A stretch of 64,000 nt of DNA from Bacillota bacterium (lineage in GTDB: Bacteria; Bacillota; Sulfobacillia; Fermentithermobacillales; Fermentithermobacillaceae), in NCBI GenBank assembly GCA_040767525.1, contig JAXGOJ010000003.1, positions 303-64,302 on the forward strand, read 5' to 3'. The notes beneath the pieces are model-generated. The model saw nothing but the letters and a program-made list of their open reading frames with translations, was not told the DNA's origin and did not search any database. Each line of letters starts with the position of its first letter. Position 1 is the stretch's first letter. Positions 1 through 7,984 of this stretch are shown in pieces. Position numbers and translations under genes: made by a program.

Positions 1-990
1 CTTACTGGAGCGGGAGCCAGAGATGAAGATATCACAATTGTTTTTGCAATGGGGATACATAGAAATCACAAAGAATCTGAAAAACGCCTGTTGGTGGGCG
101 AAGAGTTTTACCGAAGGTTCAGGTGCCTTGACAGTTCAGAAGGCCATGACTACGTTTCCCTGGGGGAAACATCGTTTGGGACTCCTTTGAAGATTTGCCG
201 GCCGGTGGTTGAGGCTGATGTTCTAATATGTACAGGTAATATCGAGTATCACTATTTTGCCGGCTATAGTGGCGGCGCCAAGGCTGTAATGCCTGGATGT
301 GCCGGCCGCGCTACTGTAGAGGCCAACCACGCTATGCAGCTGTGGCCCGGTGCGGAATCAGGGTCGCGTAAGGATAACCCGGTACGCCGAGACATTGAGG
401 AAGCAGGGAAAATGGCTGGAATTGACTTCGTTTTGAATGTGGTACTGGATGAGGAAAAGCGTATTGTTAGGGCTGTAGCAGGTGATGTGATTGAAGCACA
501 TTTGGCAGGTTCCCAGGTGGTGGACAGTATATACGGCGCTCCAATCTCTGAAAAATCAGATATTGTAGTTGCGTCATGTGGAGGGTATCCGAAAGACCTG
601 AACCTGTATCAGGCACAAAAAGCTTTGGAAAATGCCGCCAGGGCCGTAAAGCCCGGAGGTATTATTATTCTCCTGGCTGAATGTCTTGAAGGGATGGGCG
701 AGAAAGTATTTGCCGATTATATGACCGCTATGGATCTTGACGAAATTCTGTCCAGTATTGCAAAACAGTTTGTTCTTGGAGGCCACAAAGCTGCTGCAAT
801 AGCAAGGGTATTGAAGAAGTGCAATGTGATACTGGTGACCGGCATGAAGCCTGATTTGGTTAAGGCCTGCAAGCTTTCCTGGGCACCCTCGGTTAAAGAA
901 GCTCTCTTTAGGGCGTTCACGGAATTAGGCAAGGACGCTACTGTCTGGGCTATGCCATATGCTGGCTCAACGGTGCCTTTGATGAAGTAA
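1..990 (+). CDS. larA: LarA-family (nickel-pincer cofactor dependent) lactate/2-hydroxyacid racemase, C-terminal ~330 aa. The 5' end lies outside the window.
   Basis: Frame 1 is open from base 1 (LTGAGARDEDITIVFAMGIHR...) into listed ORF 49..990. The segment YHYFAGYSGGAKAVMPG resembles the Lys-containing cofactor-tethering region of LarA (DUF2088 family). Confidence 0.7.
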   Translation, partial: LTGAGARDEDITIVFAMGIHRNHKESEKRLLVGEEFYRRFRCLDSSEGHDYVSLGETSFGTPLKICRPVVEADVLICTGNIEYHYFAGYSGGAKAVMPGCAGRATVEANHAMQLWPGAESGSRKDNPVRRDIEEAGKMAGIDFVLNVVLDEEKRIVRAVAGDVIEAHLAGSQVVDSIYGAPISEKSDIVVASCGGYPKDLNLYQAQKALENAARAVKPGGIIILLAECLEGMGEKVFADYMTAMDLDEILSSIAKQFVLGGHKAAAIARVLKKCNVILVTGMKPDLVKACKLSWAPSVKEALFRAFTELGKDATVWAMPYAGSTVPLMK

Positions 991-1059
991 CCTAACATGC
1001 TTGTTGACGTGCGCAGTTTATGCGGATGTAGGAGCGTTTGCCTGAGATGTATAGGTAAG

Positions 1060-1093
1060 GAACTGTAGGCACAGAAAGAACTGTAGGCACAGA
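1060..1093. repeat. Tandem direct repeat: 16-mer GAACTGTAGGCACAGA twice, 18-bp period
   Basis: Read directly: ...aagGAACTGTAGGCACAGAaaGAACTGTAGGCACAGAtta..., lying 55-90 bp upstream of the LD-carboxypeptidase start. Confidence 0.9.
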
Positions 1094-1148
1094 TTAAAAG
1101 GCAAAGGCCGGGAAAGGGATACTGCAGCAAGAAGGAGCATGAATTATA

Positions 1149-2129
1149 ATGGGCCAGACAGTGAAACCCGGGGCACTCCGGAAGGGTGATACAATTGCCA
1201 TTGTGGCACCATCGGGTCCTGTTTGCGGTGAGGCTCTTGAACGTGGGATACGGCTTCTTGAATCATTTGGCCTAAAGGTCAAGGTCGGGCCGTCAGTAAA
1301 GAAACGCTGGGGCTATCTTGCAGGATCAGACGCGGAAAGGGCAGAGGATTTAATGGAGGCATGGGCTGACCCTGAGGTACGAGGGGTTATTGCTGCCCGG
1401 GGTGGTTATGGAGCCATGCGCGTGATTCCTCATCTGGATTTTGATTGTATCAGGCAAAACCCAAAGATTTTCCTTGGTTATTCGGACATAACTACACTAC
1501 ACCTGGCTTTTTGGAAGGAAGCAGGCCTTGTGACTTTTCACGGTCCTGTAGCTGAAATGTCACCCGTCAAAATGAATTCTTATAATTGCACGTGGCTCAG
1601 AGAGACACTGTTTGGAAGTTGGCCGCCGGGAGATTTGCCTGTTCCTGTTGCCCCCAATGATGCCCCATGCACACCTCACAGATTTACTGTTTTCGAAAAG
1701 GGCAGGGTGCGAGGTGAATTGGTTGGTGGAAATCTGTCGCTAATCGCCTCGTCCATTGGTACTTTGTGGGAAATTGATACCAGGGGAAAGGTTTTACTCC
1801 TCGAAGAAGTAGGAGAGCGCCCTTACCGAATAGACAGAATGCTCTGCCATCTCAAACTTGCCGGTAAGTTGGACGATGCAGCAGGGTTCTGTCTTGGAGA
1901 TTTCACTGATTGTGAGGGAAACCTGGGCCCTGATAGGCCAGGGTTTACAGTGGCAGAGGTGCTCAACCAGTATTTTGCCGATACAGGAAAGCCGTGTATA
2001 GGCAACATTCCAGCCGGCCATGGGAAGTATAACTCTGTGTTACCCCTGGGGGTTGAAGTGGCAATTGAAGCCGGTTTGGGTGCAGATGAGTTAAGCCGGG
2101 TGTATTTCCCGGAAAAGGCCATGAGTTAG
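1149..2129 (+). CDS. ldcA: LD-carboxypeptidase (peptidase S66, muramoyltetrapeptide carboxypeptidase family)
   Basis: 326-aa ORF with N-terminal LRKGDTIAIVAPSGPV, the nucleophile motif FLGYSDITTLH and a C-terminal PAGHG motif, all typical of S66 enzymes. Confidence 0.8.
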   Translation: MGQTVKPGALRKGDTIAIVAPSGPVCGEALERGIRLLESFGLKVKVGPSVKKRWGYLAGSDAERAEDLMEAWADPEVRGVIAARGGYGAMRVIPHLDFDCIRQNPKIFLGYSDITTLHLAFWKEAGLVTFHGPVAEMSPVKMNSYNCTWLRETLFGSWPPGDLPVPVAPNDAPCTPHRFTVFEKGRVRGELVGGNLSLIASSIGTLWEIDTRGKVLLLEEVGERPYRIDRMLCHLKLAGKLDDAAGFCLGDFTDCEGNLGPDRPGFTVAEVLNQYFADTGKPCIGNIPAGHGKYNSVLPLGVEVAIEAGLGADELSRVYFPEKAMS

Positions 2130-2390
2130 CACGGCTCCGGGGATTGATCCACTGGTTTTCGTGCAATGCAGTTTTGGACTTTGTGGAGCATGTCCTTTTG
2201 CGAACTTCAGGACATCACTAAAAGACGTGGTTTCGGAATCTATGGAGTATGGCCACACTGTGGTAAGGCTGGCAACACTGTTAACACTATTGAGATGGAT
2301 GAAGGAAATCAAGCAGGCGCAATAGAAGAAATTACCCTGTGGTAAGACGAGTATGAGTTTTGCCGGCATTTAGAGGGAGGTATAACCTAA

Positions 2391-3332
2391 ATGAGTTTTA
2401 GAGCAACATTAGAAGCAATTTCCGCTTTAGACAGCGCGAAAGTCGATGGAGAGAAAGTAGCAAAAGTCTTAAAGGCTTCTGGAGTTGAACATGTGGAATC
2501 CTCTGTTATACAAGGAGAAAAAGGGCGGACAGACTTTGTTAGGGCAGTTATTCCGGGAACTCACGGAAAGACAAGGGGCGGGAATGCCCCGACGTTGGGC
2601 GTGATTGGCAGGCTTGGCGGAATCGGTGCACGCCCTGAGATGATTGGCCTTGTATCAGACGGGGACGGAGCAGTATCTGCTATATCTGTAGCCATCAAAC
2701 TTGGCGATATGGCAAAGAAGGGTGATGTCCTGCCGGGTGACGTTATTGTAACAACTCATATATGTCCCAACGCGCCTACTCAGCCCCACGATCCGGTGCC
2801 GTTCATGGGTTCACCGGTGGATATGGCTACCATGAACAAGCATGAAGTAGACTCGGAAATGGACGCGATTTTGTCTATTGACACTACTAAGGGCAACAAA
2901 GTCATAAATCATAAAGGGTTTGCGATTTCTCCAACGGTTAAAGAAGGCTATATTTTGCGAATTTCAGAGGATTTGCTGGACATAATGAGTATCACTACCG
3001 GCAGGCTGCCTGTGACTTTTCCAATTACGATCCAGGACATAACACCTTACGGAAATGACCTTTATCACCTGAACAGTATTCTTCAGCCTGCAATAGCTAC
3101 TTCGTCTCCATGTGTTGGGGTAGCAATTACAACGGAAACCGCTGTTCCAGGATGTGCAACGGGAGCAAGCCATGTTGTGGATATTGAACAGGTTGTAAGA
3201 TTTGTCGTCGAGGCGGCCAAGAATTTTGGCGCCGGAAAATGCTCATTCTTTGACGAAGAGGAATTCACCAGGATTGTCCGTCTATACGGTGATATGAAGC
3301 ACCTTCAAACCCTTGGCCGGAAAAAACAGTGA
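2391..3332 (+). CDS. DUF1177-family protein (function unknown)
   Basis: 313-aa ORF with RBS GAGGGAGG upstream. Its length, overall sequence and adjacency to an AroM-family gene match my recollection of DUF1177. Not verified by search. Confidence 0.5.
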   Translation: MSFRATLEAISALDSAKVDGEKVAKVLKASGVEHVESSVIQGEKGRTDFVRAVIPGTHGKTRGGNAPTLGVIGRLGGIGARPEMIGLVSDGDGAVSAISVAIKLGDMAKKGDVLPGDVIVTTHICPNAPTQPHDPVPFMGSPVDMATMNKHEVDSEMDAILSIDTTKGNKVINHKGFAISPTVKEGYILRISEDLLDIMSITTGRLPVTFPITIQDITPYGNDLYHLNSILQPAIATSSPCVGVAITTETAVPGCATGASHVVDIEQVVRFVVEAAKNFGAGKCSFFDEEEFTRIVRLYGDMKHLQTLGRKKQ

Positions 3333-3369
3333 TAAGAGAGCAGACAATGACTCGTGAGGTGGAAATGAC

Positions 3370-4045
3370 GTGGAGCAAGGCAGGAAGCTTCTTGGAACTG
3401 TGACAAGTGGTCAATCGCCAAGGGCCGATTTGATTCCTGAGATGAAACCATTTCTGGGGCCTGATGTGGAAGTAATTGAAGCAGGTGCCCTGGATGGGCT
3501 GACTCTTGGCGAGGTGCATAAGTTGTATCCTGATCCGGGTGACTATGTATTGATTACGCGCATGCGTGACGGAACTCAGGTAAAGATAGCCGAGAAACAT
3601 ATTCTTCCACTGATGCAAGATAAAATCGATAAATTGGTGGCTCAGAGGGCGCAGGTTATTGCTCTGGTGTGTACAGGTGAGTTTCCAGAGTTCCGGTGCA
3701 GTAAATTGCTGGTACAGCCTCAAAGAGTCTTGTTTAACACAGTGAAGTCAGTGGCTGAAGGGCTTAATCTTGGAGTTCTTACTCCAGATGATGCTCAGGT
3801 TGAGAATACCACGTTGAGGTGATCCAAATTGACCCCGCGCTACTGTGGAAGCCGCTTCGCCTTACGGTTCCGTTGATGCAGTTTTGGCGGCTGCAGAAAA
3901 ACTCAGGGAAGCGGGAGTCCAGATAAGCTGTACTTGACTGTATTGGATATACGAATGCGGCAAAAACCGCTGTCAAAGAATGCTTGGAGTTCCCGTTATC
4001 CTTGCTCGATCAGTCGTAGCCAGGGTCATCGGGGAACTGATGTAG
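3370..4045 (+). pseudogene. AroM-family protein, interrupted by three frame changes
   Basis: The N-terminal part is frame 1 (LGTVTSGQSPRADLIPE...) and stops at 3820. The sequence continues as VEAASPYGSVDAVLAAAEKLREAGVQISCT in frame 2 (3845-3937). It continues as VLDCIGYTNAAKTAVKE in frame 3 (from 3930). It ends as LGVPVILARSVVARVIGELM* in frame 2 (3983-4045). Confidence 0.65.
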
Positions 4046-4221
4046 CAGAACCAGTGCCTTTGATTCCTTTTGCATTGAAATCAGTCTCAAAAGTAGACGA
4101 GGCGCATGGGGTATGGGGCTGCGCCTCGTCTGTATTCACAATTCACGACAGGTCACTGCTTTGTTCCGGCATGACTTTTGCCTAAACCCTGTCAATACCC
4201 TTCAATTACAATTAGTTGAAA

Positions 4222-5259
4222 TTAGACAATGTCATCAACATACAGGTTCATGGGATAGGCAAGGTATTGGGCAGGCGGCATTTTCTCAGTAGTGTAAAAG
4301 CCGGCAGGAGCAACGATCAGCTGTGGAATGCGGTTGACAATTGTTGCACAGGTGAGTTCTACTGTGGCAGGTTGCTCGATTTTTACGGTGGTATTAGGTT
4401 CGCCGTGTATGGTCCAAAGGTTCGTGTCGACCTCGCCTTCAGGGTACACTTTCCCTATGCACTGGGTTACCAGGGCCGGGCCTTGGTTGGTCACAGTGGT
4501 GACAACAGCCGACATGCCAAGGGCGTTTCCCGCCTTTATTGTCATGTTAAGTGTTGAAGAGTGGATGTCTTTATCGTGGAAAAGTGGGACGAGTTTCTGG
4601 TCCATAGACTTTATACTCCAACCAAACTGGGAGCACAGCCACTGGTTGGCGTTCCACATATACGAGGGCAGGCTGTCATTTTTGGCTATTTTATTTTCGA
4701 ATTCTTCTGGGCTGAGCCCTGCTCCGTGCACTTCTGCAAGAGCTATCCCATAGTCTTCTACGTTGTAGCTGGATGAACCCTCGATCTTTGTGATTTTATG
4801 AGTGGCACCTGCCAGAGCAGTTATCAAGTTGCCCCAGAAAACATCCTGGTATCCTGAACCTGCAAGAGTGCAGTTGTTTTCTTTGGCCAGCCTGTCTAGT
4901 TTGTTGGTTAAGGCAGGAGATGTGTTCCAGGGATACAAAGCTTCTTCGCATGTGCTGATAGCGTTTACCCCATAACTTGCGGCCAGCTCGAATGCATCAT
5001 AAACATCGGCCATAAGGCTCTTTGTGGCAATTACACAGACATCTGCATCGCATTCTTTGAAGACATTCTCAGCGTCAGAGCGTACTGGCACATTGAGGTT
5101 GAATCCCAAACCGGCGATTTCGCCTACGTCTTTACCTGTGAGGGCAGGGTTTAGGTCTATGGCTCCAACAATTTCTGCTCCCTTTTCGTACAGGTAGCGG
5201 AGGAAGACTCTTCCCATTTTACCGCACCCGTACTGGATGACTCTAATCTTTTCCTTCAC
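4222..5259 (-). CDS. DapB-like NAD(P)-dependent amine dehydrogenase family protein (2,4-diaminopentanoate dehydrogenase-like)
   Basis: 345-aa ORF with a GTG start and RBS AAAGGAGAA. The N-terminal Rossmann motif is IRVIQYGCGKMGR. Length and sequence resemble the dihydrodipicolinate-reductase-like amine dehydrogenase family. Confidence 0.55.
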   Translation of the reverse strand: MKEKIRVIQYGCGKMGRVFLRYLYEKGAEIVGAIDLNPALTGKDVGEIAGLGFNLNVPVRSDAENVFKECDADVCVIATKSLMADVYDAFELAASYGVNAISTCEEALYPWNTSPALTNKLDRLAKENNCTLAGSGYQDVFWGNLITALAGATHKITKIEGSSSYNVEDYGIALAEVHGAGLSPEEFENKIAKNDSLPSYMWNANQWLCSQFGWSIKSMDQKLVPLFHDKDIHSSTLNMTIKAGNALGMSAVVTTVTNQGPALVTQCIGKVYPEGEVDTNLWTIHGEPNTTVKIEQPATVELTCATIVNRIPQLIVAPAGFYTTEKMPPAQYLAYPMNLYVDDIV

Positions 5260-5398
5260 TTTTTCAATTCTCCTTTCGAGAACATAAGAAGTTTCACTCT
5301 TAGTGTGGACTTTATAGCATGTATAGAGTCAAGGGTTGAGAATGATTTTGTGGAATCTCAGACCGTTTCGTGTTTCGATCCCGGTGTCTAGGACGTGA

Positions 5399-5427
5399 TG
5401 AAACGTTAGGACCGTCCCGGCGTTTCA
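5399..5427. repeat. 29-bp concentric palindrome, copy 1: TGAAACGTTAGGACCGTCCCGGCGTTTCA
   Basis: Identical (as reverse complement) to 53719..53747 and 27/29 identical to 42570..42598. Preceded by CGTTTC (5364) and TGTTTC (5371). Confidence 0.9.
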
Positions 5428-5512
5428 TGAAAGGGCCAGGGTGAAGGAGGTTAAATTTGCCACCCTGGCTGAATATCCACATTACATGCGGCTCAAGTAT
5501 TAAACTACAGAT

Positions 5513-5857
5513 CTATTTGTCGTGTTCACAGGAACTTTCGCCTGTTTTAAGAGTGCCTGCAAGGTAAGATTCTACTACATCGTCAACACTACCCAGGGCT
5601 CCTTTAATCACCTTCACGTTATAGCTGGTAAACAGGTTCTCGGCCCTTGGGCCCATCCCTCCTGCAATTATGCAGTTGATCCCGTGATTCGCCAGGAATT
5701 TAGGAAGCACTCCCGGTTCATGGCCGGGGTTTTTGAGGGTTTCTTGTTTCAAAACCTTGCCTTCCTCTATGTGAAATACGCGGTACTCAGGGCATTTGCC
5801 GAAATGAAGGGACACTTTGTCGCCATCTGACGCTACGGCTATTCTAATCTCAATCAC
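5513..5857 (-). CDS. NifX/NifB-C-terminal-like (dinitrogenase Fe-Mo cofactor biosynthesis domain) small protein
   Basis: GTG start at 5857 with a purine-rich RBS upstream. The 114-aa product IEIRIAVASDGDKVSLHFGKCPEY...IIAGGMGPRA is typical of this family. The listed 159-aa ORF is an upstream over-extension. Confidence 0.7.
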   Translation of the reverse strand: MIEIRIAVASDGDKVSLHFGKCPEYRVFHIEEGKVLKQETLKNPGHEPGVLPKFLANHGINCIIAGGMGPRAENLFTSYNVKVIKGALGSVDDVVESYLAGTLKTGESSCEHDK

Positions 5858-5948
5858 TTCCTTTCGAGAAGGAGGCCTTTGAAAAGGCCTGTTTCCGGGG
5901 TTTTCACCCCCTGCTGTGTTCGATTCAGAGCACTTTGGATTCTTAGAA

Positions 5949-6776
5949 CTAGACCTTTTCCAAAATCGAGTTTGTAATGGATTGCACTGCATTAGAGCAG
6001 TATTTTTCGATTAAACCTTGATCTCCAAGAGCACTTACTTCAGGGTCAAGAGGCAATGAGCCAAGAAGGGCAATTTCCATGGACCGGGCAATTGCCGTGG
6101 CCCTGCTAGGCCCAAAGGGTTCAATTTTCTCCTTGCACTTTGGGCACTCTACCCATCCCATGTTTTCGATCAGGCCCAGGATGGGGACATTCATCATGCG
6201 CACCATGTTCACGGCTTTCTTAACTACCATTTCTGAAAGCTCTTGGGGAGTTGAGACAATGACAACTCCGTCTATTGGAAGGGATTGAAACACAGTGAGG
6301 GGCACATCACCGGTTCCCGGTGGCAGATCGACTATCATGTAATCGATGTCTCCCCAAAGCACGTCTGTCCAAAATTGCTGAACTGCCCCTGCAATAAGGG
6401 GCCCCCGCCAGATTACCGGGTCGTCTTCGTGCTCCAATAACAAGTTCAAAGACATGATACGAATGGAAGATGCGCTAGTTTCGGGCAGGACCTGGGATTC
6501 GACGGTTACCGGGGTTCCTTTGACTCCAAAGAGTTTAGGAATACTTGGCCCGGTTATGTCTGCATCAAGGAGTCCCACGGCAAAATTTCTTTTGGCCAGT
6601 TCTGATGCCAAGAGTGCTGCTACCGACGATTTCCCGACTCCGCCTTTCCCGCTCATGACGGCTATGACTTTATTTATGCTGCTGTTTTTGGGTTGATCCA
6701 GTTTGCCGGTTCCCGGAGCGTTCTTGGACTCCTGGGCCCCTGTGGCTCTATCATGAGTCTTTGTCACGAAGTTCAT
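5949..6776 (-). CDS. Mrp/NBP35-family P-loop ATPase (Fe-S cluster carrier-like)
   Basis: Deviant Walker A VMSGKGGVGKSS, DADITGPS and C-terminal CPKCKEK motifs. The start at ATG 6776 is uncertain because the upstream part of the listed ORF overlaps the DUF134 gene. Confidence 0.8.
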   Translation of the reverse strand: MNFVTKTHDRATGAQESKNAPGTGKLDQPKNSSINKVIAVMSGKGGVGKSSVAALLASELAKRNFAVGLLDADITGPSIPKLFGVKGTPVTVESQVLPETSASSIRIMSLNLLLEHEDDPVIWRGPLIAGAVQQFWTDVLWGDIDYMIVDLPPGTGDVPLTVFQSLPIDGVVIVSTPQELSEMVVKKAVNMVRMMNVPILGLIENMGWVECPKCKEKIEPFGPSRATAIARSMEIALLGSLPLDPEVSALGDQGLIEKYCSNAVQSITNSILEKV

Positions 6777-6837
6777 CTCCTGTTTTGAAAACTTGGGCCG
6801 GTAAGACCCCTGTTTCCGGTGTCCACCCGGCACTGAT

Positions 6838-7335
6838 CTAGTTAGGCCTCCCTTGGCCACGGCCATGGCGTCCGTGCCTTCTCCCCCGAGGGCGATCTGA
6901 AGAGTAGCCGTGCATCTCCCCAACAGGCACTTTTCGGAATGATTCAAGATGTGTTCCGCCGCATTCCGGGCACGCCGGTTCTCCTGAACTTTGTCCACTG
7001 TTTGCCCATTCGTGCTTACAGTCCCGGCACTCGAAAGTGAGGGGAGACACTAAGTAGTTCCCACCTTCAATTCGAAGAGCCTTTCCTTCGACCAGGGCCT
7101 GGGCTACTTTAGATCTTGCTCCGGTCAAGATTCTCTGGAATGTGCTTTGGGCCAGATTCATGCGGACGGCGCACGCTTCCTGCTCAAGGCCTACATAGTC
7201 TTTCAGGCGTATGGCTTCGGCTTCATCTACGCCAAGGGCCACTTCTTCCAACTCTGACATGGGCACTCCGGCAGGTTTGAAGTAGGTAACGTCAGGTATG
7301 AACTCAACCCATCTGGGTTTAGTAGGTCTGGGCAT
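6838..7335 (-). CDS. DUF134 (UPF0251) putative DNA-binding protein with C-terminal Cys4 zinc ribbon
   Basis: MPRPTKPRWVEFIPDVTYFKPAGVP...DEAEAIRLKDYVGLEQEACA...STFQRILTGARSKVAQALVEGKALRIEGG is the canonical DUF134 pattern. The extra CRDC...CPEC motif lies at the C-terminus. Confidence 0.85.
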   Translation of the reverse strand: MPRPTKPRWVEFIPDVTYFKPAGVPMSELEEVALGVDEAEAIRLKDYVGLEQEACAVRMNLAQSTFQRILTGARSKVAQALVEGKALRIEGGNYLVSPLTFECRDCKHEWANSGQSSGEPACPECGGTHLESFRKVPVGEMHGYSSDRPRGRRHGRHGRGQGRPN

Positions 7336-7984
7336 AGGTGCACCTCCTAATCTCTTTAATTATTTTTGGTCATAATGACAAGTTGTGTTGTGCATCTCTC
7401 CTTTCCCTTCTTAGTGGTTGTTGCTGGTTTGCCATCTGGTCAGGCCATAGTTGCATGCTTGCAAACCACAAGGATATTCAACAGTTCTTTGGGTTATCGA
7501 TATATATCATTAACATCGTATTCTTTATGTTTGAAAGCGTCAATATTATATTGACCTTCAGGCTAGACTAAACATTGCCTTGAACAGAGCCTTGCACTCC
7601 TGCTTGCATTGAGGTTATGAGCATATACTCCTTTGGGTATTTCAAAGAGGCAGAGATATGCAAAACATGAGGTGCACTACCGCTCATTATTTAGAAAACT
7701 TATCTTTTCACATGGATTCTACTTGCCAGGCCCCTGCCTACGGCGACAGTAGACTCGCCGGCTCTTAGCAATATAGGGCCTCGAAATGGGTGGCGTGCCA
7801 GTATCTTTACTCTGGTTCCAGGAAGAAGGCCCCAGATCCATAGCCGCCTGTGAGCGGCTCTCCCTAACTAGTACGATTCGATTGTTACTTCCTCTCCGGG
7901 CTTTGTATCCAGAAGTGTCATATCACGATTCTCCTTTTTCACACACACAACAGATTCATGTTTTGATTCTTCTCCCCATTTATT

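Noticed and set aside
2166-2345. 59-codon ORF (MQFWTLWSMSFCELQD...) in the ldcA-DUF1177 intergenic region.
   Set aside because: It has no RBS, odd composition and no recognisable motif. It is probably non-coding leader sequence.
5372-5404. The 33-nt unit GTTTCGATCCCGGTGTCTAGGACGTGATGAAAC begins with GTTTC and ends with GAAAC like many CRISPR repeats.
   Set aside because: Only one such unit exists. It has no regularly spaced copies, spacers or leader, and there are no cas genes anywhere in the window. It is better explained as part of the GTTTC/GAAAC palindromic element.
7810-7834. CTCTGGTTCCAGGAAGAAGGCCCC resembles the SRP RNA domain IV (GGUCCGGAAGGAAGCAGC) or a B12-box.
   Set aside because: It has too many mismatches to either consensus, and none of the other conserved elements of SRP RNA or cobalamin riboswitches are present nearby.
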